DNA of 64,000 nt from Epithemia pelagica. Its lineage: Eukaryota; Protista; Bacillariophyta. The notes under the pieces were generated by a model. That model saw nothing but the letters and a program-made list of their open reading frames with translations. It was not told the origin of the DNA and did not search any database. Made by a program: the position numbers and the translations under genes. Of the stretch, positions 54,759-64,000 are shown in pieces (position 1 is the first letter of the stretch; every line of letters starts with the position of its first letter). Location: contig OX337236.1 of the NCBI GenBank assembly GCA_946965045.2, forward strand, positions 2,108,001 through 2,172,000. Reading direction: 5' to 3'.

Positions 54759-56073
54759 ATGTCGACAGACGTACCTAGTGGAGAGACCACCGGAAAGGTG
54801 GCCTTGATTACAGGCATAACAGGTCAAGATGGATCGTATCTGACGGAACTGTTGTTGGAAAAGGGCTACACGGTACGTGTTGCTGTTGGTCATGCGTCAT
54901 GCCAAGTTATTATGCATAAGCATTTGGCTACCCTTTGCTTCTCGGTTTGCCTGCAGTCCGTCCTCATGTTTGCGGCCGACCATCCTTTGGGGTTCTGTTG
55001 TTTGATGGATGACTGATCTGCTCACTCTGTCGTTTCTTTGTTTACGTTTGCAATCTCTCGATTGCTACGACTTTCAGGTACATGGCATTGTCCGTCGATC
55101 ATCTTGCTTCAATACGGGTCGGATTGATCACTTGTATCGGGATCGTCACGAATCGGGTGTCAAATTGTTTTTGCATTATGGTGATTTGTGCGATGCCACC
55201 AATCTCATTACCATTATTACCAATACACGTCCGGACGAGATTTACAATTTGGGGGCCATGAGTCATGTCAAGGTGAGTTTTGACATGCCCGAATACACGG
55301 CCGATTGCGATGGATTGGGTGTCTTGCGCATGTTGGATGCAGTCCGGGCTTCGGGATTGGAAAAGTCGGTGCGATTCTACCAAGCCTCCACCTCCGAACT
55401 CTACGGTAAGGTACAGGAAGTGCCGCAGTCCGAAACGACTCCCTTTTATCCTCGATCCCCCTATGCTGTGGCCAAACAGTATGCCTTTTGGATCATGGTC
55501 AACTATCGTGAAGCCTACGGAATGCATTTGACCAATGGTATCTTGTTCAATCACGAATCGCCCCGACGAGGACGAACCTTTGTGACACGCAAAATTACCG
55601 CGGGTGTGGCCCACATTAAGGAGGGCAAACAAAAGTCTTTGTTCTTGGGTAATTTGGATGCCAAACGCGATTGGGGACATGCTCGTGATTACGTCGAAGG
55701 AATGTGGCGCATGCTGCAAGCCGAGGAAGCCGACGACTATGTCTTGGCCACCGGCGAGACTCATACCGTACGAGAATTTGTCGAAAAGTCCTTCCGCATT
55801 GTCGACATTGAAATTGTGTGGAGAGGCGAAGCAGGTTCGGTGGACGAAATTGGTGTCGATGCCAAGGATGAATCGCGCGTCTTGGTCAAGGTCGATCCTC
55901 GTTACTATCGACCTACTGAAGTCGACCTGTTGTTGGGAGATCCCACCAAGGCCAAGACCAAATTGGGATGGGTTTCTCAAACCTCCTTTGATGACCTGAT
56001 CAAGGAAATGGTCGAAGCCGATCTGAAAATGGTACGCGGAGAGCTTTACGATCAAGACCAAAATCCCGAATAA
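54759..56073 (+). CDS. GMD: GDP-mannose 4,6-dehydratase; exons 54759-54872 and 55078-56073
   Basis: Motifs [41 protein letters not shown] and [12 protein letters not shown] intron 54873-55077. Confidence 0.95.
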
Positions 56074-56100
56074 GAGAATGTGTCAAGTCTTTGAGCAACT

Positions 56101-56157
56101 GTGAACCTTGCACTCGCTTTCTCAGTGAATCTTGCACACGCTTTCTCAGTGAATCTT
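56101..56157. repeat. 24-bp tandem repeat (about 2.4 copies) in the GMD 3' region
   Basis: GTGAA(C/T)CTTGCAC(T/A)CGCTTTCTCA units. Confidence 0.8.
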
Positions 56158-56587
56158 TTTATCTCTATGATAGTCTTTAATATGAGCCACCCGTCCTCTC
56201 TCTGCGCGTTGCTGATTGTGTTGGGGTCTACACATCCATCGTCTTTCGTAGTGACGCGCATGACTCTGTCAATACCTTCAGACTTGAGATCCCTACCAGC
56301 AGGTATAGGTGATCATCCCCATGATCCGCTCTACTCTCGTTGGGAGGCAGGAAAAAACCGACGCAAAGCTCTCACATCGATGCTCCTACTAGGAGTAATC
56401 GGAAACCTTCCAATGCTTCCGAAAATATACTCTAGGAGTTGGAGCACATTGCAGAAATGGGTAACTATCACTCTATGATTCTATGATATACGGAAGACAG
56501 TCAGACGTCAAAACGAAGATACCTTACAACTCTCATCATATCTAAGATCCAACAACCAGAGAAGGAAGACCATCCAAACTACCTAAT

Positions 56588-57589
56588 ATGAGAAGCAAGG
56601 ACGAGGGATGTCCATTCAATTTGCCGAAAGTTCTGGCTCTCTGTCTTTTGAGTAGAACTGTGAATGCTTGGACGACAACGACAACGACGACGAGAGCGAA
56701 ACCATGCGCGTGGTCGCCATGGCATCACCACCCAATCATGACAACCACCACCACCACAAGAAGAAGAAGACCATTGGCACTGCCGCCACCCACCACCTTG
56801 TCCCCCACTTATGGACAATCGCCTTTGCTGGTGGGGGCATTATATTTCTCGTCCTCGTCCTCTTCTGGACCATCACAGTATCCGCAACTTCCCAGCAATT
56901 ACAGGGAACATGGTCAAGAACTGATTGTCCAAGCGGCCGTGACCCAAAGTGGTCTTGCTCCTAGTCAAATTGCCGTGGATTGGACAAAACGAGGCAAAAT
57001 AATTGTGACCGTGTCCAGTGACAATATTGTTTTGGATGACGACGAAATCGACGACGACGGTCTGTGGGACGCATACGATGATTCCATTGTGAACGAAGAC
57101 GACTATGACGACTTTGAACTCGATTGGGCAGAAGAAGAAGAAGAAGAGGATGACGACACTGGTATCTTAGTCAATGAGGATGGCAATGATGGGAGTGTCA
57201 ATGTCGTGTCCTTGGCCCGTGCGATTAATGCAGCTCTGGAAGAGGACGCCATTGGAATGGCCATTGCAGAAACACACGAAATTGAAGTGACCACACCCGG
57301 CGCTTCTGACGAACTGGTGGGTCCAGTCATGTTTCAAGCCTATCAAGGTTTTGATGTGATTTGTCAGTATTATGATAGCAAAAAGAAGAAAAAGAACAAG
57401 AAGAAACCGGACGAGGATGACTCCACAGAAGGACAAGAACGGCCGATTCAAACCGTGGAAGGTCGTTTATATGACCGTGACGAAGAGTGTACTACCATTA
57501 ATCTCAAGGGTCGTATGAAGAAAATCCCCAATGAGGATATCATTTCCGTCAAACTTCCCAAGGCCAAGAGGGAAAAGGGAGTCTCGTAA
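56588..57589 (+). CDS. RimP-like ribosome maturation factor, probably plastid-targeted
   Basis: Leader with signal-like VLALCLLSRTVNA-W. Motif EIEVTTPGASDEL...FQAYQGFDV...VEGRL resembles RimP LEVSSPG...F..F.G. Confidence 0.6.
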   Translation: MRSKDEGCPFNLPKVLALCLLSRTVNAWTTTTTTTRAKPCAWSPWHHHPIMTTTTTTRRRRPLALPPPTTLSPTYGQSPLLVGALYFSSSSSSGPSQYPQLPSNYREHGQELIVQAAVTQSGLAPSQIAVDWTKRGKIIVTVSSDNIVLDDDEIDDDGLWDAYDDSIVNEDDYDDFELDWAEEEEEEDDDTGILVNEDGNDGSVNVVSLARAINAALEEDAIGMAIAETHEIEVTTPGASDELVGPVMFQAYQGFDVICQYYDSKKKKKNKKKPDEDDSTEGQERPIQTVEGRLYDRDEECTTINLKGRMKKIPNEDIISVKLPKAKREKGVS

Positions 57590-58648
57590 GAAACATGACA
57601 CACATTCGTTCGGAGAAAATGACGTAGTTTCCTTGAAAATAGCCTCTTTCTTTCGTTGAGATTTATCGTCAACCACCCCATCCCCCATGGCAAGCATTAT
57701 TCTCGGCGTCTGCGGTAGATGCGTGTTCCATCTCCACGGCTCCGAAAGAGGCTGGCATTGATACCGATGGCATAGATGAAGGAGACCATCCCAGAAACCC
57801 GCTGATTGTGCCATTTACGTGTGGATTGAGATTCTCTTTAAGGAGTAGAATGTACTGTAGGAGTTACGGTGGATGTTACCGATAGATGCTTCATCACAGT
57901 TTGATTTCCAAAAACTCAAAATGTGAGGGTACATTCAACAGGTCATCCTGCTTTTATGTTTTTTTCAGTTGTGGTTGGCTTCTCTCGTCCCATCCGGATT
58001 TTTCCAGCCGGGGGCATATAACGAGGCACGACTGGCTTTTCTATAGAACGTTAAGTACTGCACGGCACAATTTCAAATTTTGGATTTAGACACGTGAGGG
58101 GCATAGCAAATCAAAAACTATTACCACGATTGCCAAGAACGCTGGCATATTCAACTAACGTCTTTATGCCCCACAATTACAACAGACTTGTAACGGTTGC
58201 GGCACGCACATTCGAATGCGAGTCCAGAATGTCTGTGCAGGATGCGACGGTCGGACAAGTCAACGGACACTCACGCAAGAGTTCCACGGCATCGTCTCAC
58301 ATTCACATGGTGCAGCTTTCGTCCCCGACAATAATACACTCATACCCATCCCCAACAAATAGTTGCAAAACAATCAATACACACACCAAAAGGTCAAGAA
58401 TAACGCAGTCCACTCAACACAAGTCTTCTGGTTTCGCGCAACTGGTTGGGCGATTGGCAGAATAGCAAGTGTTGGGACCTCCATCCCGCGTTATCACGAT
58501 TGTATAGACGGGTCCCCTTGGTTCTTGGTTGTCGTTGTTGGGAGTTGCTGGGTCATGGTGATATATACGTAGTGATTGGTGGTTTTTTATTTTTTGTGCA
58601 AGACAGTGGTTCTGTGGTTTCTTGCTGTGGGTGTTGTTTGTTGTCACA

Positions 58649-61498
58649 ATGAGAGCCATGATCCAACGCGCCCGGAGTCGCTCACCCTTACGACGACGTC
58701 GAAGAGCCGCAGAGTTGATTGATGATATTCGAGAATGGGAACAGAGTCGCCAAGAACAACCGCATGAACGTCTGGTACAGGAATCATCATTTCCACCCCA
58801 AAAACGACAACAACAATCGTTTCAGGAAGTTCCTGCCTCCGCGTCACCATTGGAAGAACTACCACCACCACCGCCCCAACACGAATCGAACAACAAGGCA
58901 GAAGAAGCTTCTCCGCCTTCCTTGCCTTCCTCGGCCTCGTCTTGGTCGTCGCTCCGCCGTGAACCACCGGCGCACGCCGAAGCTCCCTTGCCGTCGCCTC
59001 CGCGATCGTGCTTTGAACCACCGTCCGAGTCGGCAGCCATTGAAGTTGTCCTGGAGACATCACCAGATCGTAGCCACATCAAAGGCAAGCAACAACCTTT
59101 TATGCGTCGACGACCAGGGCCATTGCATCAACAACTGGATCCAGAAGAGGAAGAGGAACAACAACAAGAAGAAGAAGCCTCCTCCAGGATGCCCTTGTCT
59201 CCACCGATGCCACCTCAACCGCAACGACCATTAGAGCCACCAATGTTTACTGCTTTTGAGACGACGCTGGAAGGAACCACTCCGGAGCAACAACCTCCAC
59301 AAACTAGAGGTGGTTCCTCTTCTGTTCGAGCTCGCAAACATTTCAAACAAAAGTACATGAAGGAAAATTCTCATCCCAACGAATTTTTGGGAGAAGGCAC
59401 TCGTCGTTGCTTTCCATTTAATCACGTGAATCACCACAACCGACGCCTGGAGGGCGAGGATCGACCCAACAAGAATTATTACGCGTCCGCAACGACCAAC
59501 ACAAACACCATGCCACACGTTGTGATCCCACCGTCTCCACAATCCTCACGGCAATCGTCAGAACGATCCGTCTCACGAGGACGTGCCACTTCTCGCGGAC
59601 GTGCCAACCATCCCTTTCGGACCAAATCTTCTCCCAAACATGGATCGACGGCTCCCAGCTCGAAATCGGTCGCGTCGTCTTCGCAGATCAACACTATCAA
59701 TACAACACCACCTCGACGACCCACCAAACAACAGTTGGTCGTCCTGTCTCCCTATCGACGACGGTCCAAAGGAGGCAGTACCAAGAGCAGTACAAGTACC
59801 ACAACGCAAAAAACGGGTGGTCCACACACTGCACAGCACTATGCGAATGAAACTGTTGCGAGTACACCCAGTAGCACGATGCGAGGCAATCCTTCGCCAT
59901 CGGAATCTCCCATGGCCACTTCGACCAACAAAACTCCGACCAATCTCTGGGAATCTCCCAATTATTCCTGGCCCTTTGGCAAAAATAATAAGCAACAACA
60001 AGATCCGCAGCATGAGACTACCCCAAAGGACACCCCTGAGAGCACGGTCAAATTGGACAACAGTGATCATGGAACCAAGGATGAAAAGAAGGAGGCGGAA
60101 GACGAGTTTCCATCGGAATTGTTGATCCCCAACAAACCATCCTCGAACAATCCGAGATCTTCCATGTCGTCCTCCAACCGAGTAGAAATGATGCGCAGCA
60201 AATCTGTCTTTAGTGAAACGTCCTCCTTGCACAGTTCGGTCGATCTGGGTGGTGGGACCGAATCCAACTTGCAGCAAATTTTGAAGAGTATTGAAAGTAG
60301 TTTGGATTTGGCCACCCAAAAGGGCCAACGCATTGATCGTCAAATGGTTTATCAGACCCTCATGGATATTTCGCAATCGCTAGGAGATGACCAGGAACAA
60401 CAGGCAATGCAAAAAGAACTCACCACTCTCATGAGATCGCGCACGGGAGAGGACAGTCAGTATACTAATAATAATACTAAAAGAGGAGGAAAAGTACAAG
60501 GGCCGGGTTATGATGACGACGAAGAGGAAGAACAAGACCTTGCCACGACCATTAAACCCAAAATGGTGCGTATTGTATCTCCGGAAAAGACACGGAGTGA
60601 GTATCTGGATGATTCTCGACGATCTGGAGAAGATGATGACTCGACCATGGATTCTTCCTATATCAGCAAAGACGATACTATTACGTTTCTTCAAGAATTT
60701 TTCAGTTTGAGCCACATATTTGGAACAGCGGACAACAACAATCGAGCTGTGGCGGCTGTGGCCAAGAAAGAGGGAGATAACTGGGATGAATTCATGGAAG
60801 AGCATGGGTTGAAAAGGCCCAAAAGAAGAGATGGTGTTCCCATGTTGAGAACCTACTCGGAAGAAACGGGATCAGATGGATCAGCATTTACTTCAGGTCG
60901 ATTCTCCAAGGAATCCTCTTATATTTCAGGAGAACAACGATCGAGATATTCCAGTCATCGCGGAGGTACTGTTCGGTCCGGTGAGACAACGAGTACCGCA
61001 ACAAGATCCTGGTGGAGGCATGGTGGCAATAACCAGCGTGCATCCCGCCGTGACACGTGGAATCGGTATCACAAAACCATTGACGAGAAAGACGAAGAGA
61101 ATGAGGAAGGGCCACAGTCATTATTGAAACCGCGGCTGAGCAAGACGTTGCCATCGCCAGCAAATGTGACTGGCCCTCGTGAAGCGCGTCGACACAGGCG
61201 AGCTACCACCGTCTCACCGCCACCTCAACGGCGTTTCTTTAGAAGAAACAGCAAGCGTCGAGAATTATTGGTGCAAGACAACGAGGAAGAGGACGATATA
61301 CTCTATGGCGGAGAAGAAGAAGCTGCAAGCGTTGCCTTTTCGCTTAGCAGCATTGAAAGTGAACAATACAATGAAGGTGGAGACCGGTATTCCGCGCACG
61401 CTGAACACAAACCTAGAGGGGATACATTCTCTCGACGGAATCGACGACGATCCAAAAGTTTGGATGGACGGCGGAGTTCACGTGCGGCAAAGTTTTGA
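58649..61498 (+). CDS. Hypothetical low-complexity protein (about 950 aa)
   Basis: Long uninterrupted ORF, S/P/Q/R/E-rich, with no recognisable domain. Confidence 0.6.
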   Translation: MRAMIQRARSRSPLRRRRRAAELIDDIREWEQSRQEQPHERLVQESSFPPQKRQQQSFQEVPASASPLEELPPPPPQHESNNKAEEASPPSLPSSASSWSSLRREPPAHAEAPLPSPPRSCFEPPSESAAIEVVLETSPDRSHIKGKQQPFMRRRPGPLHQQLDPEEEEEQQQEEEASSRMPLSPPMPPQPQRPLEPPMFTAFETTLEGTTPEQQPPQTRGGSSSVRARKHFKQKYMKENSHPNEFLGEGTRRCFPFNHVNHHNRRLEGEDRPNKNYYASATTNTNTMPHVVIPPSPQSSRQSSERSVSRGRATSRGRANHPFRTKSSPKHGSTAPSSKSVASSSQINTINTTPPRRPTKQQLVVLSPYRRRSKGGSTKSSTSTTTQKTGGPHTAQHYANETVASTPSSTMRGNPSPSESPMATSTNKTPTNLWESPNYSWPFGKNNKQQQDPQHETTPKDTPESTVKLDNSDHGTKDEKKEAEDEFPSELLIPNKPSSNNPRSSMSSSNRVEMMRSKSVFSETSSLHSSVDLGGGTESNLQQILKSIESSLDLATQKGQRIDRQMVYQTLMDISQSLGDDQEQQAMQKELTTLMRSRTGEDSQYTNNNTKRGGKVQGPGYDDDEEEEQDLATTIKPKMVRIVSPEKTRSEYLDDSRRSGEDDDSTMDSSYISKDDTITFLQEFFSLSHIFGTADNNNRAVAAVAKKEGDNWDEFMEEHGLKRPKRRDGVPMLRTYSEETGSDGSAFTSGRFSKESSYISGEQRSRYSSHRGGTVRSGETTSTATRSWWRHGGNNQRASRRDTWNRYHKTIDEKDEENEEGPQSLLKPRLSKTLPSPANVTGPREARRHRRATTVSPPPQRRFFRRNSKRRELLVQDNEEEDDILYGGEEEAASVAFSLSSIESEQYNEGGDRYSAHAEHKPRGDTFSRRNRRRSKSLDGRRSSRAAKF

Positions 61499-61968
61499 TT
61501 CAAGGACCATGATAAAGGATGGCCATAGTGTGAATTGTTTTTGTTTTGTTGTAAGAGGACTGCTAGTAACGGGTTCAGAAGGAACATGGCAACAGGCAAA
61601 CTGGGTCGAGGGGGAAAGAACTCCGTTGCAAATGCATTCCGAGGGGGGAGGCCTACAACATGGTGAGCCGGCTAGGAATATGAATATCCACTCTGTATTG
61701 TACATTTAATTGCACTTGCGAAGTGCAGAAAATAAATGAAAACGTCTCGATTCTTTATCGGCATCTAGTGAACCACTAGTAACTAGAAAGCTTAGAATGA
61801 AGGGAGCTACTTGGATGACCAATACGGATATGACAAACAGTCCTTCAATAGAACGAGTTGGCGGTTTCCCCGAGGTGGTACAATGGTGGTCATCTCCTGT
61901 GCCTCACAGTCAAGTCTTGAGCCAAGGTAAGTGGCACAAAATATGACAAGGGTAGATGATATGTGTGT

Positions 61969-62717
61969 TTATACAAGTTTTTCAAACTGAACACCGTCTA
62001 GCACACCACCACGAAGGGTCCGACTAACCAATCGTTCGAATTGTCGCACATCTTTGCGAAACAGTTCAGCCGCCTCGTGATTCAACGGATCGTCAGGATT
62101 AGGCTCATAAAACAAGTAAATGAGTCCATAAATGACAGCGTTAATGTCCAACACGGGTTTCCAATCCTCGCGCAAAATATTCAAACAAACTTTGCCTTGT
62201 AAATCAATGTTTGGATGGTAAATTTTGGTGCCACATTCCACCTTAGGTGGAGAATGTGGGTAATGAGGAGGAATCACGAAGGAAAAACGATAGGTAGCTC
62301 CTTTCCAGTATCCTGAGTCAGGAGATATCGAAACGTTGAATGATGTCAAGTCATTGGGGTTGGGAAACGTGACCTCGGCAACTTTTCCACCGTCCAATTC
62401 GGCAATATCTGGCGGGTATTGTAAATCGGTGAGAAACACAACAAACCGAGACAAACAATGAAAGTCAATGCTAACAATGACCAACCTTTTTGAATCCGAA
62501 TTTCACCCGGCGTACGTTTCTTGCCCGATGTTTCCCCCTCTTCATTTTTGGTCGTTTTCTTCCCGCCAATACCCAACAAGGATATTTTTTGCTGTTGCGC
62601 CGGCTCTTCAGCCGATGAGGAGGGCTTCTCAGCAGTGGAGGTAGATGCCTCTTGCTGTTGTTGCTGTTGCAGTTGTTGTTGCTTTTCCGCTTCTCGTTTC
62701 TTTTTCAAGGCCAACAT
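61969..62717 (-). CDS. UBC12: NEDD8-conjugating enzyme Ubc12/UBE2M; exons 62717-62486 and 62408-61969
   Basis: Motif KRTPGEIRIQK|DIAEL...KIYHPNIDLQGKVCLNILREDWKPVL. GT-AG intron 62485-62409. Confidence 0.95.
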
Positions 62718-63142
62718 GGTGAATGTTACGGACGCGACAGATCAAATTTATGAAATTTGGAAACCCGCAAAAGAAGGAAAAAGAGAGACGACAAAAAAAT
62801 CTTCTGATTATTTTCGACAGAAAAGACCCGCGCAAGCGTGGGAACGCGCGCGCGCGAGACCACCTTTTGACGACCCATATGCGATCCGATTTATCTTCAT
62901 CAACCATCACATCAACCTCCAACAAAACAGCCACCCAAGACCCAAGATGCTGGCTTCCTTTCTTGATGGCAAAGGTTGACCGCATGCGGACAATGCATTG
63001 CTTTCATGCATTGCAAGGTATCCAGAATCGTTTCGTTGTGATACGGCCACGAGTGAACCATGTAGTTCTACAGGTTTGATGGAGTTCATCGAAGGAACAT
63101 TGGCCGACGACGGCCGTTCGTACACTGACATCGAATCATCTG

Positions 63143-64000
63143 ATGGACACAGCCACGATTCTTGCGCCTGAGTTTCGTCACTTGTCTCCATGCTTTGGAG
63201 CAGCGCTGCTGAATACCAAAAATTTGGCGTGTCTACAAAACTTGATGAACATCGGAGACTTTCTCGAAGACTGCCAACGTGCAGACGTTTCGGGTGATAA
63301 CAAGAGCGACGAAAAGGTTCTATCGAATGAAGCTTCTGTGGATGGCTTGTGGCATCCTTGCCAATTGGCGAACCAAATATTTTTCCAGCCACATGAACAA
63401 GCTACAATTCGAGTCACGAAAAATAGGTCAGTTCCAGCGGCACATATGACACCGGCCATAATGGGTGCGCTTTGGGGATTGTCCATGGCCAATACCGTCC
63501 ATGATCCTGCCCTGAGTGAAAAACGGTTTCGAAAGCTCTTAAAAGATCACTGTGGGATACGATCCAATTACGTTTTCGATGAGTGGACAGGAGTCTCGTT
63601 GGTTCGATGGAAAGAGTTGATGAAACACATGCCGACCTTCAAGCAAAGCAAGAACCAATCAACTCTTTCTCAGTATCTGTGCAGTGCCGTTTGGAATGCT
63701 GCGTTGTGGGAGAAGAGTATGTCGAAGCAATGCCTCATGGATTACCGTCTACACCTGGAAAAGAGCTCCAATATGAAAATATTTGCCCAAAATGAATTGG
63801 CAACAGCTCTCAAACACTGTTCGGTCGCTCGTGAGGAATGGTCGAACGCCCGTTTTTCAGAAGATGAAACCGATTCACAATCGATCCATTCGGCAATGGA
63901 TTTATTAATGGACAATGGCGTATTTGGTGCAACCACCATCCCCACGCAACAAGAGGACTCGACCATCGCTCGTGCATTGGAACTGGTTTGTTGTGCCGCT
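63143..64000 (+). CDS. Hypothetical helical protein, 5' part (open to the window end; not in the ORF track)
   Basis: Manual translation gives MDTATILAPEF...MNIGDFLEDC...SAVWNAALWEK..., with no stop to 64000. Upstream exons are possible. Confidence 0.55.
   Translation, partial: MDTATILAPEFRHLSPCFGAALLNTKNLACLQNLMNIGDFLEDCQRADVSGDNKSDEKVLSNEASVDGLWHPCQLANQIFFQPHEQATIRVTKNRSVPAAHMTPAIMGALWGLSMANTVHDPALSEKRFRKLLKDHCGIRSNYVFDEWTGVSLVRWKELMKHMPTFKQSKNQSTLSQYLCSAVWNAALWEKSMSKQCLMDYRLHLEKSSNMKIFAQNELATALKHCSVAREEWSNARFSEDETDSQSIHSAMDLLMDNGVFGATTIPTQQEDSTIARALELVCCAA

Noticed and set aside
58649-61498. Poly-Q/T/S and CAA/ACG trinucleotide runs in this and other genes
   Set aside because: They are pervasive low-complexity features of this genome's coding regions and are not locus-specific.
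39600-61700. Numerous long antisense or overlapping ORFs (e.g. 43047..43862, 49179..50300, 55099..56061)
   Set aside because: These are shadows of real genes on the opposite strand, expected from this codon usage and stop scarcity.
61969-62717. Functional link between Ubc12 (neddylation of SCF) and the F-box array
   Set aside because: It is more than 22 kb away with many unrelated genes between. Ubc12 is a universal housekeeping gene.

Overview
This is eukaryotic nuclear DNA, most likely from a pennate diatom. That is an inference from intron-poor genes, bipartite plastid-targeting N-termini and CoDi-type Ty1/copia elements. The flanks (1-8.6 kb and 39.5-64 kb) carry ordinary genes: Nup133-like (partial), PRKCSH-like, a solitary 5S rRNA, GluTR-binding/HugZ-like, VIT1/CCC1, organellar SerRS, an SLC35A nucleotide-sugar transporter, EDR2/DUF1336, an MFS sugar porter, GMD, RimP-like and Ubc12, plus one stand-alone Crinkler-type NTPase-REase gene. 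The centre (about 9.3-39.3 kb) is a young, heavily rearranged island. It holds five copies of an F-box+FIST (FBXO22-like) gene: one intact at the island edge and four damaged or fused. It also holds two copies of a Crinkler/RHS-type P-loop NTPase + REase gene, each sitting 303 bp upstream of an F-box/FIST copy as a co-duplicated module. One of these Crinkler copies is an intact in-frame fusion to an apparently captured mitochondrial-presequence-like exon that arrived together with a POP1 3' fragment. The mobile DNA includes a decayed copia fragment and two outward-facing ends of a long-TIR DNA transposon. It also includes a near-intact copia element (19100-29568, flanked by CTAC(T)) whose 3' LTR is split into three pieces by nested insertions: a MITE, an intact mariner with perfect TIRs, and the DNA-transposon end. 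Domain calls come from motif recognition by eye; no database searches were run.
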